41,300 bases of DNA from Candidatus Saccharimonadales bacterium (GCA_040900055.1 JBBDZU010000002.1:84425-125724), one strand, 5' to 3'. Numbered from the stretch's first letter, positions 1 through 10,209 are shown. The notes: generated by a model not told the origin, from the sequence alone. Made by a program: numbers and translations.

Positions 1-2
1 AA

Positions 3-854
3 ATAAAGCCTAAAAAAATATTAGTCCCCTGCGGTTATTCCTCGCTGGATCATCCAGACTTTAAGAATTATTACTCTAAATTACCGACATTTTTAAAAAA
101 ATACGATGCCAGTATTTATAACTCTCCTACCTACCAGGACATTAAGTTTGCCAAAAAAAACAACCTCAAAAATCTGTACGTCATTCCAAACGGCGCTGAT
201 GAGCGGGAATTTACGAATTTATCAGGACGGCGAAAATTCCGTAAAAGATTTGGTATTAAGCACTTTTTTATTCTGACAGTTGGTAGTCACACCGGCTCCA
301 AGGGCCACGATGAAGCATTGGATGTGTTTGAACACTTTCCTTTCCCTTGTACTTTTGTAATTGTTGGTAACAAAATAGAGGGCGGTTGCTATGAAAAGTG
401 TTTGCAACGAGCTGAGGAGTTAAATTTCTTAAAGCGACGGCGCCTTAAGAAAGTGGTTTTGTTGAATCTTAACCGGGAAGATACCGTCGCCGCCCTTAAA
501 AGCGCCGACTTGTTCCTCTTTTTATCTAACCGAGAAGCCAGCCCAGTGGTCTTGTTTGAAGCCGCCGCAGCAGGCTTGCCCTTTATCTCCTCTGCGGCTG
601 GGAACTCTACCGAAATTGCCGAGTGGACTGGAGCGGGTATTGTTACTAAAACCATCCCTCATCATGGGCGTATAGGCTCAGATGACGTATCGGTAGATAT
701 ACAAGAAACAGTCAACCTACTCAAGAGGCTATGGTTGAATCCCTTGCGACGACATAAGATGGGCAAGTGGGGGCGCAAAAACTGGCGCAAGAAATACACC
801 TGGGATCACATCACTGAACAATACCTGCAACTCTATGAAGAGGTGCTAAGATGA
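3..854 (+). CDS. Glycosyltransferase family 4 (GT-B), 5'-truncated by window edge
   Basis: The frame of ORF 318..854 is open back to position 3 (IKPKKILVPCGYS...VIPNGADERE...LTVGSHTGSKGH); C-terminal GT4 motif ADLFLFLSNREASPVVLFEAAAAGLPFISS. Confidence 0.9.
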   Translation: MKPKKILVPCGYSSLDHPDFKNYYSKLPTFLKKYDASIYNSPTYQDIKFAKKNNLKNLYVIPNGADEREFTNLSGRRKFRKRFGIKHFFILTVGSHTGSKGHDEALDVFEHFPFPCTFVIVGNKIEGGCYEKCLQRAEELNFLKRRRLKKVVLLNLNREDTVAALKSADLFLFLSNREASPVVLFEAAAAGLPFISSAAGNSTEIAEWTGAGIVTKTIPHHGRIGSDDVSVDIQETVNLLKRLWLNPLRRHKMGKWGRKNWRKKYTWDHITEQYLQLYEEVLR

Positions 855-1726
855 TAGTCACCCTGCTAAAAGGCGGGTTGGGTAATCAGATGTTCCAATA
901 TGCTGCCGGTCGTCGCCTAGCCCTGAAGCATGGTACCAAGTTATTTATGGACCTATCCTGGTTTAAGAACGTCGCCCAAGTTGATACAAAGCGAGTGTAT
1001 GAACTGAATTGTTTTAATATCGAAGAGAATTTTATTGACCGTTCTTCAATCGTGATCGCCGAAGCTGAACAATCATTGAAGGTCAAAGTGTACCGCCTTA
1101 CTAAGGGTCTATTAAAACCACGGCTTAGGACCTTCATCGAGAAGGCCCATCACTATGACAAACAGGTTTTGTCACTGCCGGACAATACATATTTGGATGG
1201 TTTTTGGCAAAACGAAAAATACTTTACTGACATCCGGAGGACCCTGTTTGATGACTTTACATTCAAATCTAAACCAGACAGTAAGAACAAACAACTGTTG
1301 GAAGCCATAACTAATTCAAACGCCGTATCCTTACATATACGGCGGGGTGACTATGCCAGAAATCAAGCGACAAAAGATTTTCATGGGTTGATGGGGTCCG
1401 ATTACTACAACAAGGCGGTTGAAATAATGGCGAAAAAAACCAAGAACCCACGTTTTTTCATTTTTTCTGACGAGCCGGATTGGACGAAGAAGAACATCAA
1501 AATAAAATACCCAGCAACCTATGTCTCCGGTAATAAAGCCGGCTTTGAAGACATGCGCCTGATGGTGAACTGCCGTCACCACATAACCGCCAACAGCTCC
1601 TTTAGTTGGTGGGGAGCTTGGCTCAATCCTAGCAAGGATAAAATAGTAATAGCCCCAAGACGGTGGTTTTTGGATCCATCAATGAGTAAAGCCGAGATTA
1701 TCCCTGAAAAGTGGATCAAGTTATGA
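851..1726 (+). CDS. Alpha-1,2-fucosyltransferase (GT11)
   Basis: GT11 motifs GGLGNQMFQYA, YLDGFWQNEKYF, HIRRGDY, NSSFSWWGAWL. Confidence 0.93.
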   Translation: MIVTLLKGGLGNQMFQYAAGRRLALKHGTKLFMDLSWFKNVAQVDTKRVYELNCFNIEENFIDRSSIVIAEAEQSLKVKVYRLTKGLLKPRLRTFIEKAHHYDKQVLSLPDNTYLDGFWQNEKYFTDIRRTLFDDFTFKSKPDSKNKQLLEAITNSNAVSLHIRRGDYARNQATKDFHGLMGSDYYNKAVEIMAKKTKNPRFFIFSDEPDWTKKNIKIKYPATYVSGNKAGFEDMRLMVNCRHHITANSSFSWWGAWLNPSKDKIVIAPRRWFLDPSMSKAEIIPEKWIKL

Positions 1727-2670
1727 ATAGCCCCAAAGTAACTGTTTTGATGCCTGTTTATAATGGCCAAAGATATCTGAAACAGGCAATCGAAGGTATT
1801 CTTAATCAAACCTATAAAGATTTTGAGTTTCTGATTATTGACGACGGCTCAACAGACAAAAGTAAATCAATAATCAGGCGTTATGCCAAAAAGGACCCGC
1901 GCATACGGTTAATCAGCCGACCAAATAAAGGATTGGTTGCAACTCTCAACGAAGGCCTCGATAAAGCTAGCGGAGAATATATCGCCCGCATGGACTGCGA
2001 CGACATTTCTCTAAAAAAACGCCTAAAAATTGAGGTGGAATATTTAGACGCTAATCCGGACGTTGCCTTAGTTGGAAGCAATTACACAATCGTTGACGAA
2101 CATGGAAAGCGGTTAGTCGATACTAATGTTTTTACGCACCCTGATGACCTCAAGCTTTGTTTAGTAACATGCAACCAATACGGCCACGGCTCAGTCATGA
2201 TTAGGAAAAGCGCTCTAAATAAAGTTGGAAACTATGATAAAGGCGTTGGCCATCTTGAAGATTATGACCTATGGATTCGCATAAGCCATGTGGCCAAAGT
2301 CGCGAACATCGAAGAGCCGCTATATCAATGGCGTAAAACAGCCGACAGCATCACGGGGGCTAACCTAGAGCTACAAATACAACAAACCTTTGCGCGGCGC
2401 GACCGAGAGTTTGAATATTTCTTAAAGAATAAAAAAGATTACCGTATTTTTTCCATCCACCCTAGCGGCTATGATTACGGACGGCGTAAATCGGTACTTT
2501 ATCGTGACTTAGCATACCTTTATCAGCAAAAGGGGATGCGCTGGGGCGCGGTCAAAATGTTGTTACTTGCGATAATTTTTAAACCGAGGGTTAAACGCAA
2601 TTATTACTATCTAATCGCTCTTTTATTGCGTAAATCCTGGCTAAGTAAATGGCAGTTCGAGTTTCAATGA
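1723..2670 (+). CDS. Glycosyltransferase family 2
   Basis: VTVLMPVYN, IIDDGSTD, ARMDCDD, EDYDLW; ATG at 1723 overlaps the upstream stop (ATGA). Confidence 0.92.
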   Translation: MNSPKVTVLMPVYNGQRYLKQAIEGILNQTYKDFEFLIIDDGSTDKSKSIIRRYAKKDPRIRLISRPNKGLVATLNEGLDKASGEYIARMDCDDISLKKRLKIEVEYLDANPDVALVGSNYTIVDEHGKRLVDTNVFTHPDDLKLCLVTCNQYGHGSVMIRKSALNKVGNYDKGVGHLEDYDLWIRISHVAKVANIEEPLYQWRKTADSITGANLELQIQQTFARRDREFEYFLKNKKDYRIFSIHPSGYDYGRRKSVLYRDLAYLYQQKGMRWGAVKMLLLAIIFKPRVKRNYYYLIALLLRKSWLSKWQFEFQ

Positions 2671-3650
2671 AAAAACAGCCGACAGTCGACGTTATAATCC
2701 CCGCTTACAACGGCTTGCCCTATTTGAAGGCGGCTGTGGATAGTGTATTGGCTCAAAGTTACGACAACTTCAACATCTATGTAATCGATGACGGCTCAAC
2801 AGACAAAGGCGCGACCGAAAAATACGTTAAAGGCATTAAAGATAAGCGGGTTAAGTACTTCCGAAAAGCAAACGGTGGCCAGGCCACGGCTCGTAACTAC
2901 GGCATCGAAGTTTCTAGTGCGCCGTTTGTTACATTCCTTGATTCGGACGACGTTTGGAATGAAGATAAACTCCAAAAACAAGTTGATTATATACGCCGCA
3001 ACCCGCAGTTCGGCATGGTTTACGGCTATCACACGCTTGTTAATGAGAAGGGCCAGACTGTCGGCAGGGTGAATTACAATCGTGAAGGCCACCTGTTTAA
3101 CTATCTGCTGAGTGGTAACAAAATTTCCGGAAGCGGCAGTATGGTAATGGTGAAGCGCGCTGTACTACAAGATGTCGGTCTATTCCGCGAAGACTTTTTG
3201 ATTGGCGAAGATTGGGAAATGTGGCTCAGGGTGGCCCAAAAATACGAGATTGGCTGTGTCCATAGGTATTTGGCAGAACTGAGGTTACTACCAGAAGGCA
3301 TGCAAAAGGACTACTTAAAAATGGCCAGAGGGTTGGAATATATGCTGCCAATCATGCTCAGGGAGTTTAAACTTGGCCCTCGGGGTAAGGCCCGGCTACG
3401 CGGTGCCTGTCTCTACGACGCATCGGTTTATTATTTTTTAGGCGGCGACCGTGCTAGAGCCCGCTCCACTTTCTTGAAAGTGATGGCCTATAACCCTCGA
3501 CGTATAAAAATCCGACGTGATTTATTGTTTATTTATGCAAGGGCTTTGTTTGGCAATGAAACCTTGAGAAAATTCAGGCGAGCTGTCTCACCAGCCTACC
3601 GCCGTCGCGAGCGCGAGTACAGGCTAGAGCAGCAAAAGAAGGGACATTAA
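2667..3650 (+). CDS. Glycosyltransferase family 2
   Basis: VIIPAYN, VIDDGSTD, FLDSDD, GEDWEMW; ATGA overlap at 2667. Confidence 0.92.
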   Translation: MKKQPTVDVIIPAYNGLPYLKAAVDSVLAQSYDNFNIYVIDDGSTDKGATEKYVKGIKDKRVKYFRKANGGQATARNYGIEVSSAPFVTFLDSDDVWNEDKLQKQVDYIRRNPQFGMVYGYHTLVNEKGQTVGRVNYNREGHLFNYLLSGNKISGSGSMVMVKRAVLQDVGLFREDFLIGEDWEMWLRVAQKYEIGCVHRYLAELRLLPEGMQKDYLKMARGLEYMLPIMLREFKLGPRGKARLRGACLYDASVYYFLGGDRARARSTFLKVMAYNPRRIKIRRDLLFIYARALFGNETLRKFRRAVSPAYRRREREYRLEQQKKGH

Positions 3651-3658
3651 TAAATATC

Positions 3659-4570
3659 ATGCCAAGCGCCAAAAAACCCTTTGTCAGCGTTGGGATACCA
3701 ACTCTAGGCCGTGGGCAGATACTGCTTAATACCATTCATATGGTTCTTGCTCAAGGCTATGAGCTTTTTGAAGTTATTGTCGCTGATCAATCTTTGGAAC
3801 ATAATAAAAAATTTCTCGCTAAGCTTAAGGGGCTCAAAACAGACCGGCGATTACGGTATTTTTTTGTTGCACCGAAAAGTTTGCCGGCTGCCCGGAACTT
3901 CATATTAAAGAAAGCCAAGGGCGAGTTAATTATCTTTATTGATGATGACGTGCAATTGAAAAAGGACTTTATCAGTACCCATGTACACGAACATCTCAGA
4001 CACCCAGAGGTCTCAGTTATTGCCGGACGGGTTGAACAAAAAGGCCTGCCATTATCTGACTCCCCGCTTTATTTTAATAAGTACGGCCTACCGCAAGGTA
4101 CTTTTAACTGTCCTAATAGCGGGCCGTGCGAAGACTTCCCTGGCGGCAACCATAGTGTGAGAACGTCCGTGCTCAAAAAAATTGGCGGTTACCATACGGC
4201 TTATAAAAAGGATGCTGTCCGCGAAGAAAGCGATACCAGCCACCGCCTGCATGAAGCCGGATTCAATATGTTTTATTCGGCCGAGGCAAGCGCGGTACAT
4301 CTGTCAGTCGGTCACGGCGGTTCCCGTATATATAAGGTACAGTTTGATAGCCTCCGTTTTTATATAAATGACCTTCTGTTTATGCTACGCACCGTTAGGC
4401 TCCGCTACTTGCCGATTTCTATTTTTAAGCGTGCCCGTATTTATACTGGCGGACCATTCGGTCGCCGCTTTAAACGGGCGGGGATATTTTTAGCCGGTTT
4501 TATTACCGCCCTATGGCTTCTAATATTTGAGCGGAAAAGCTACCCGGCGCGAGAAGTAAGGGGAAGGTAG
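3659..4570 (+). CDS. Glycosyltransferase family 2
   Basis: VSVGIPTLGR, AARN, IIFIDDDV, GGN, EESD motifs. Confidence 0.88.
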   Translation: MPSAKKPFVSVGIPTLGRGQILLNTIHMVLAQGYELFEVIVADQSLEHNKKFLAKLKGLKTDRRLRYFFVAPKSLPAARNFILKKAKGELIIFIDDDVQLKKDFISTHVHEHLRHPEVSVIAGRVEQKGLPLSDSPLYFNKYGLPQGTFNCPNSGPCEDFPGGNHSVRTSVLKKIGGYHTAYKKDAVREESDTSHRLHEAGFNMFYSAEASAVHLSVGHGGSRIYKVQFDSLRFYINDLLFMLRTVRLRYLPISIFKRARIYTGGPFGRRFKRAGIFLAGFITALWLLIFERKSYPAREVRGR

Positions 4571-4571
4571 C

Positions 4572-5717
4572 ATGAAGCGGATAGGTATTGAGGGGAGCCC
4601 TTTCTTTGGCAGCCCGACCGGTATCGGGCAGTACGCCAGGCGTCTAATAACTGCTGCCTCAAAGCTGGGCTCCGATACCCATTTCGAGATTATCCGCCAC
4701 TGGCTTCCGTTTAAGGAATTAAGGCCACCAATCGCACCGAACCAGCGGCTGTCGTATCGGTTGGTCAAGTGGTTCCCGCCAGCCGTCTACTTCCAAACCT
4801 TCAAACGCCTGGGTTGGTTCCTGCCATACGACGCTATAGCGTTAAGACGTTACGACGCTATGCTCTTTTTCAACTTCGTGGTTTTTCCGGTCCGTAAGAA
4901 AGTAAAGACGATAGCCTTCATACACGACCTGTCCTTCATCCATTTTAGTGAGTATACCCAAGTTAAGAACCTGACTTACATGCAAAAATTCGTCCCGTAC
5001 TCTATTGACCGTGCCTCACACATTATCACGATCTCTCAAAGCACTAAAAACCAGATTGTCGAGCACTATAAGGTCAGCCCTGGCAAGATCAGCATCATCA
5101 CTCCAGCTATAAACCATTCCCAGTTCTACCAGCGTCCCATGCATGAGATCTCTGAAATCCGAAAAAAATACAAACTGCCGACCAAATATATACTTTATGC
5201 AAGCACGTTAGAGCCGCGCAAGAACATAGAGGGAATACTGCGCTCCTATTCAGCACTCGGCGACGATCTAAAAATGGAATACGGCTTGGTGCTGGCCGGC
5301 GGTAAAGGCTGGAAGGATGAATCTATTTTCAAGACAATAGATGAATTGCGAAGCGCTGGCGAAAATATTATCACCACCGGTTATGTACCCGACGAGGACC
5401 TGCCGGCCATCTACAGTGGGGCGACCCTATTCGTTTACCCGTCCTTCTACGAAGGTTTCGGCATCCCGCTGCTTGAAGCCATGGCCTGTGGCGTCCCAGT
5501 AATTACATCTAACAACACCTCCCTCCCTGAAGTAGTCGGGAGTGCCGCGATATTGGTTGAGGCTGGGGATACGACCGCCCTATCCAAAGCTATCAACAAG
5601 GTTTTGAATAACCCCGAGCGGGCTAATCTATTAAGAGAAAAGGGTCTAGCTCAGGCCAAAAAATTCAGCTGGGAGAAATCAGCAAAGAAGTTGATGGCAG
5701 TACTGGAAAAACTCTAG
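4572..5717 (+). CDS. Glycosyltransferase family 4 (mannosyltransferase-like)
   Basis: [37 protein letters not shown]. Confidence 0.92.
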   Translation: MKRIGIEGSPFFGSPTGIGQYARRLITAASKLGSDTHFEIIRHWLPFKELRPPIAPNQRLSYRLVKWFPPAVYFQTFKRLGWFLPYDAIALRRYDAMLFFNFVVFPVRKKVKTIAFIHDLSFIHFSEYTQVKNLTYMQKFVPYSIDRASHIITISQSTKNQIVEHYKVSPGKISIITPAINHSQFYQRPMHEISEIRKKYKLPTKYILYASTLEPRKNIEGILRSYSALGDDLKMEYGLVLAGGKGWKDESIFKTIDELRSAGENIITTGYVPDEDLPAIYSGATLFVYPSFYEGFGIPLLEAMACGVPVITSNNTSLPEVVGSAAILVEAGDTTALSKAINKVLNNPERANLLREKGLAQAKKFSWEKSAKKLMAVLEKL

Positions 5718-6736
5718 ACTACCTCTTGAGCTTGGTCGAACTCACCCTTGAGCTTGCGGTTGAGTTCTTCAACGTCGGCGTCGACCATTATTTTGACCAG
5801 TTCCTTAAACGAAGTCTTTGGTCTCCAGCCAAGTTTTTTCTTAGCTTTAGATGCGTCACCAATTAATAAGTCCACTTCAGCTGGGCGCAGGTACCTAGGA
5901 TCAAACTCGACATATTTTTTGTAATCAAGCCCGATGTACTTGAAAGCTTCTTCTAAGAATTCGCGCACTGAGTGTGTTTCACCTGTGGCAATAACATAGT
6001 CGTCCGGCTTATCCTGCTGCAGCATTAACCACATTGCTTCAACGTATTCTTTTGCATAGCCCCAGTCGCGCTTGGCGTCCAGATTACCCATATAGAGCTT
6101 CTTCTGCAAACCGGCTTGAATGTGTGCCACAGCCCGTGTAATTTTGCGGGTAACAAACGTCTCGCCCCGCCGGGGACTTTCGTGATTGAACAAGATTCCG
6201 TTGCACGCGTACATACCGTAGCTTTCACGATAATTCACAGTCATCCAATGGGCATAGACCTTGGCGACAGAGTAAGGAGAGCGAGGGTAAAAAGGGGTGG
6301 TCTCCTTTTGCGGCGTCTCTTGAACTTTGCCGAACATTTCGCTGGAACCAGCCTGGTAATATTTAGTTTTTAGGCCTAGCCGGTGGATAGCTTCTAACAC
6401 ACGAACAACACCAAGCCCCACCGAGTCACCCGTGTACTCTGGTAAATCAAAAGACACCTTCACATGACTTTGAGCGCCTAGATTGTAAACCTCATCCGGC
6501 TGAACTTGCGTAAGGACGTTGTAGACGGTGCTCGTGTCTGTAAGATCCCCAAATATCAGTTTTAGTTTAGCTCCTTTTTCATGAGGATCTTGGTAAACAT
6601 GGTCAAGGCGCTGGGTATTAAACGTGCTGGCCCGGCGAATAATCCCATAGACCTCATAACCTTTGCTCAATAATAGTTCCGTAAGGTAACTACCGTCTTG
6701 ACCGGTTATACCGGTAACTAACGCCCTTTTAGCCAT
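5714..6736 (-). CDS. gmd: GDP-mannose 4,6-dehydratase
   Basis: [52 protein letters not shown]; GGAG RBS. Confidence 0.97.
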   Translation of the reverse strand: MAKRALVTGITGQDGSYLTELLLSKGYEVYGIIRRASTFNTQRLDHVYQDPHEKGAKLKLIFGDLTDTSTVYNVLTQVQPDEVYNLGAQSHVKVSFDLPEYTGDSVGLGVVRVLEAIHRLGLKTKYYQAGSSEMFGKVQETPQKETTPFYPRSPYSVAKVYAHWMTVNYRESYGMYACNGILFNHESPRRGETFVTRKITRAVAHIQAGLQKKLYMGNLDAKRDWGYAKEYVEAMWLMLQQDKPDDYVIATGETHSVREFLEEAFKYIGLDYKKYVEFDPRYLRPAEVDLLIGDASKAKKKLGWRPKTSFKELVKIMVDADVEELNRKLKGEFDQAQEVV

Positions 6737-6785
6737 GGCTCCTATCTGTTAAACCTTTGATAATATCTCTATAGTATATAGGAAG

Positions 6786-7880
6786 ATGTTTAGAGTTGTT
6801 ATTGACGGGCGGGAGTCGGGTACAAGTACTGGCAGATATATTGATAAGTTGATTGAGTACTTGCACAAGCTGCAGCCGGAATTTGAGATCATAGTTTTAA
6901 CAAAAAAAGACCGGATCGAGTATCTAAGAACTGTAGCGCCGTCATTTAGGATAATTGGCTCAAGATACAAGGCCTTTAGCTCTGGCGAGCAGTTTGGCCT
7001 ACGTAGGCAGATCCGGCGGCTTAAGCCGGACTTAGTTCATTTTGGCATGACTCAGCAGCCAGTTCTATATTTTGGTAAAACTATAACCACGGTTCACGAT
7101 CTAACTACTGCCCGCTTTTACAACCCGGCTAAAAACCGTCTGGTTTTTAAGTCTAAGCAATGGGTTTACCGTGTCGTAATCTTTATAGCAGCCCATAAAT
7201 CCAAAATGGTGATAACAGCCAGCCAATATGTAAAAGATGATTTAGTGAATTTCGCCCGCATTAAGCCGCAAAAAATAACTGTTACCTACGAGGCAGCCGA
7301 TAAAATTACCGAAGCGGCCAAACCGGTACCTGGCTTACAGCCCAAATCATTCTTAATGTATGTTGGGCGGCCGCTGCCGCATAAAAATCTTAAAAGGCTG
7401 ATGGAAGCTTATTCCATAGTCCATCACGCCAAACCGACGCTTAAGCTGGCCTTAGTTGGCAAAAGCGACAAGCTGTACGATCGCCACCAGCAATGGGCAA
7501 AAAAGCAAGGAATCGAGGGGGTAGTCTTTACCGGTTTTGTAACTGAAGGTCAGTTGCGCTGGCTATACGAAAATGCCGCAGCCTACGTGTTCCCTTCGCT
7601 TTCTGAGGGTTTTGGGCTCCCGGGGCTTGAGGCTATGGTCCACGGCTGCCCGGTGATTGCAAGCAAAGCTACCTGCCTTCCGGAAGTATATGGCCAGGCT
7701 GCCGAATATTTTGATCCGTTAGATATACACGATATGGTCGAGGCTATCCGAAGAGTGGTTGATAATCCAACTCGAGTCCAAGAATTGATACGCAAAGGCG
7801 ATCGTCAGGTAGAAAAATATTCTTGGGCAAAGATGGCTAAAGAAACCCTCGAAGTTTACAAACAAGTTTTGAAATCTTAG
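6786..7880 (+). CDS. Glycosyltransferase family 4
   Basis: STGRY, TVHDL, HKN, PSLSEGFGLPGLEAMVHGCPV. Confidence 0.92.
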   Translation: MFRVVIDGRESGTSTGRYIDKLIEYLHKLQPEFEIIVLTKKDRIEYLRTVAPSFRIIGSRYKAFSSGEQFGLRRQIRRLKPDLVHFGMTQQPVLYFGKTITTVHDLTTARFYNPAKNRLVFKSKQWVYRVVIFIAAHKSKMVITASQYVKDDLVNFARIKPQKITVTYEAADKITEAAKPVPGLQPKSFLMYVGRPLPHKNLKRLMEAYSIVHHAKPTLKLALVGKSDKLYDRHQQWAKKQGIEGVVFTGFVTEGQLRWLYENAAAYVFPSLSEGFGLPGLEAMVHGCPVIASKATCLPEVYGQAAEYFDPLDIHDMVEAIRRVVDNPTRVQELIRKGDRQVEKYSWAKMAKETLEVYKQVLKS

Positions 7881-7903
7881 TTTCTTTTCCAAAAAACAAT
7901 TCT

Positions 7904-8096
7904 CACACTTTGGACGGCAAAGTGTGGCAAACCGCCGGGCTACGTTCAAAAACAGATTGAATCTAAACTCCTAAGAAGCTGCGCCAAAACAGTGACAAGC
8001 ATCCCCTCGCTTTATCTTTAAGGAGGCTCGGGGCAACGTTTCGCTTTACTCAGCTCTTAGTTTGTTCATCTTCATCTGTCTTGAGCCGATGCCCGG
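7904..8096 (+). repeat. Structured ~190-nt repeat element, copy A (divergent)
   Basis: Hairpin CACACTTTG-gacgg-CAAAGTGTG, linker GCAAACC, long rod closed by CCGGGC/GCCCGG, with TCAAAAACAGAT/ATCTGTCTTGA and CTAAGAAGCTG/CAGCTCTTAG, and a GACAAGC core. Confidence 0.65.
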
Positions 8097-8106
8097 ACCC
8101 GTTAAG

Positions 8107-8310
8107 TGGGCATGTAGGCGAGCCTGAGCCATGCACGTCAAAAGCATCAACAGATTCGAGCCGAGGACCAGTCTGAAGGAATGAAGGCCGCCTGCCTGCC
8201 GGCAGGCAGGCTTGCGTTCCGCAGGCTTGTTTGTGCGCTTTTACAAGTGCTAGCATCAGCCGAGCCTACGCCCAGAGCTTTTGGGCTACTTTTGTCGGCA
8301 CAAAAGTAGC
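8107..8310 (-). repeat. Structured ~200-nt repeat element, copy B, carrying a nested 22-bp palindrome
   Basis: Minus strand: GCTACTTTTG-tgccga-CAAAAGTAGC, CCAAAAG linker, TGGGC-GTAGGC...GCCTAC-GCCCA rod; core CTGCGGAACG-CAAGC...GTCCTCG shared with copies C and D. Confidence 0.75.
8190..8211. repeat. Perfect palindrome GCCTGCCTGCCGGCAGGCAGGC (short REP-like element)
   Basis: Self-complementary 22-mer; related copies at 19236-19256 and 22226-22252. Confidence 0.85.
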
Positions 8311-8347
8311 AAAACATTTGCTTCTTGGAAAAAGAAGTCGGTTTAGT

Positions 8348-8367
8348 TACTTTGGCTGTCCAAAGTA
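8348..8367 (-). repeat. Isolated 5' hairpin of the structured repeat (fragment E); may double as the jag terminator
   Basis: Minus strand TACTTTGG-acag-CCAAAGTA-ACTAAACCG resembles the start of copy A (CACTTTGGACGGCAAAGTGTGGCAAACCG); 6 bp downstream of the jag stop. Confidence 0.55.
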
Positions 8368-8373
8368 GAAGAA

Positions 8374-8847
8374 TTATTCTTCTGCACTGGGTTTTAGGAC
8401 GACGTGCCTGTCTCTACCTTCGCCAATTGATTCGGTTTCGACGCCGTACTCTGAGGCCGTTTTGTGGACCACGCGGCGGTCGGCAGCGCTCATTGGTGGC
8501 AGGTCTTTTGGTTTTTTAGTATCTTTAACTTCCTTAAACCACTCCTTGGCTTGATTAGCTAAACGGTCGGCCCGCTGTTTTTTGTAGCCGGCTACGTCTA
8601 TATTGACCCGTGTATGGCTAAACTCTTTATTCTTAAGCGCAGAGCTAACCGTGTACTGCAGCGCCCGCATGGTATCGCCGCGCTGGCCAATTAAAAAACC
8701 ATTTAAATGGGTCGATGGGATGTCTAGCTCTATAACCTCGTCGTCTTCGGTAGTAGCGTAAACATCGGTGTTAAGGCCAAAAAAAGACAGCAGGTCTTCT
8801 AGGTATTTTTTGGCAAATAATATAGCCTCGTCACGCGATTTGTTCAT
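8374..8847 (-). CDS. jag: RNA-binding protein Jag/KhpB/EloR, short KH + R3H form
   Basis: LIGQRGDTMRALQY (KH), MSAADRRVVH (R3H), SIGEGRDRHVV; lies downstream of yidC. Confidence 0.93.
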   Translation of the reverse strand: MNKSRDEAILFAKKYLEDLLSFFGLNTDVYATTEDDEVIELDIPSTHLNGFLIGQRGDTMRALQYTVSSALKNKEFSHTRVNIDVAGYKKQRADRLANQAKEWFKEVKDTKKPKDLPPMSAADRRVVHKTASEYGVETESIGEGRDRHVVLKPSAEE

Positions 8848-9761
8848 CGCCTCTTCCTTTTACGGGAACGGTTGCGCGAGGATTTGGACTTGCCGGACTT
8901 GCCCTTTTTTGGCTTGGTGGCTTTTTCTTCTTCCGGAGTAGCTACAATCGCTACAGCCTCCTCGGCGTCGGCTCGTAAAATTTTAGTCTGCTGGACAAAG
9001 GCCACAAAGCTGCTGGTTAACCAGTAAAGTGGCAGGGCGGCTGGAAAGTTTAGGCCAAAAATAAACACTAAAAGCGGTATTAGAATCAGCATGCTCCTGC
9101 CGACCGCGGCGTTGACTTCTTCCTGGTCAGCGGCCTTGCCCTGGCTGGCAGAACTTAAAATTGAGCGCAGACTGCGGGCCTCTTTGGGGGCCGGCATAAG
9201 TTGTTTACTTTGGTAATACTGCACAATGGCGCTTAAAGCCACTAAAATCAAGGCCGGCACATAAACCCCCTCAACACCTATAGCCTTGCGGCCCAAATCG
9301 ACTATGCCAAATAAACTGCTGTCAAATTGCAGGATGTTGGTTTCTAGCGATTTTAGCCAAGACAGGTCATGAAGTAAGGGGTAGGAAAAGTCGATTATTT
9401 CTTGGGGCTTGTCGATTAGGCGCTTAACGGCAAAGTAAAGGCCAATAAAAATCGGTAACTGAATTAAAACTACACCCAGTGAAGCGAAAGGGTTAATCTC
9501 TCGAGCTTTATAAAGTTCCATGGTCAGCTTGGACTGTTTTTGTCTGTCGCCGGCGGCAGAGGCCTTTATCTTTTTGAGCTCGGGGGCTAGTGACCGCATA
9601 GCTTTGGCGTGGTGGAGCTGTTTTTTTACCAGCGGCCACATTAGTAGCCTGATAACTACCGTAAATAAAATTATGGCCAGACCAAAGTTATGGCCAGGTA
9701 TTAAGCTGTAAATTAAGACCAGCAAATTAAAAATTGGCTGAACGATCAGGGTCGTAAACAT
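8844..9761 (-). CDS. yidC: Membrane protein insertase YidC/Oxa1
   Basis: NFGLAIILFTVVIRLLMWPL, LIQLPIFIGLY, PAALPLYW; canonical synteny. Confidence 0.95.
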   Translation of the reverse strand: MFTTLIVQPIFNLLVLIYSLIPGHNFGLAIILFTVVIRLLMWPLVKKQLHHAKAMRSLAPELKKIKASAAGDRQKQSKLTMELYKAREINPFASLGVVLIQLPIFIGLYFAVKRLIDKPQEIIDFSYPLLHDLSWLKSLETNILQFDSSLFGIVDLGRKAIGVEGVYVPALILVALSAIVQYYQSKQLMPAPKEARSLRSILSSASQGKAADQEEVNAAVGRSMLILIPLLVFIFGLNFPAALPLYWLTSSFVAFVQQTKILRADAEEAVAIVATPEEEKATKPKKGKSGKSKSSRNRSRKRKRR

Positions 9762-9803
9762 CTAAAAATCGGCCCTTCCTTTGCTTTTTACTATAACACG
9801 GGG

Positions 9804-10163
9804 TTAGCGGTCGGGCTTGTCAAAGATGCCGGCTTGTTTGAACAACCTTTTTAACTCAGTCACCAGGCTTTGGCCCGACTCATCCTTACCTTGCCCCGGG
9901 AAAACCGTTGCTACAATGTCGAAAGGGCTGGCAATATCATCTTCAAATTGACGGACGGCTTCATAGAACCGCCTTCTGATGCGGTTTCGGGCTACTGCCG
10001 ACTTGTCGACTTTCCGGCTAACCACTACAGCTAAGCGGTAGCTAGAGCGCTTGGGGTTAGACATACTTTTAACCGAAAAAAACGGCCCCCGGACAGTTTG
10101 GCCGTGACGATAAACTGGCCTTAGCGAGTTTATGCCGCGAAAACGATGAGAGCGCGAAATCAT
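9804..10163 (-). CDS. rnpA: Ribonuclease P protein component
   Basis: RLAVVVSRKVDKSAVARNRIRRR (RNR motif). Confidence 0.95.
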   Translation of the reverse strand: MISRSHRFRGINSLRPVYRHGQTVRGPFFSVKSMSNPKRSSYRLAVVVSRKVDKSAVARNRIRRRFYEAVRQFEDDIASPFDIVATVFPGQGKDESGQSLVTELKRLFKQAGIFDKPDR

Positions 10164-10209
10164 AGAATCAGTTTATAGGTTATGGTTGGTAGTTTATAGT
10201 GTGCTCCCT

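Noticed and set aside
8050-8256. 68-aa ORF containing ACLPAGR
   Set aside because: Translation of repeat copies A/B and the nested palindrome; no start context
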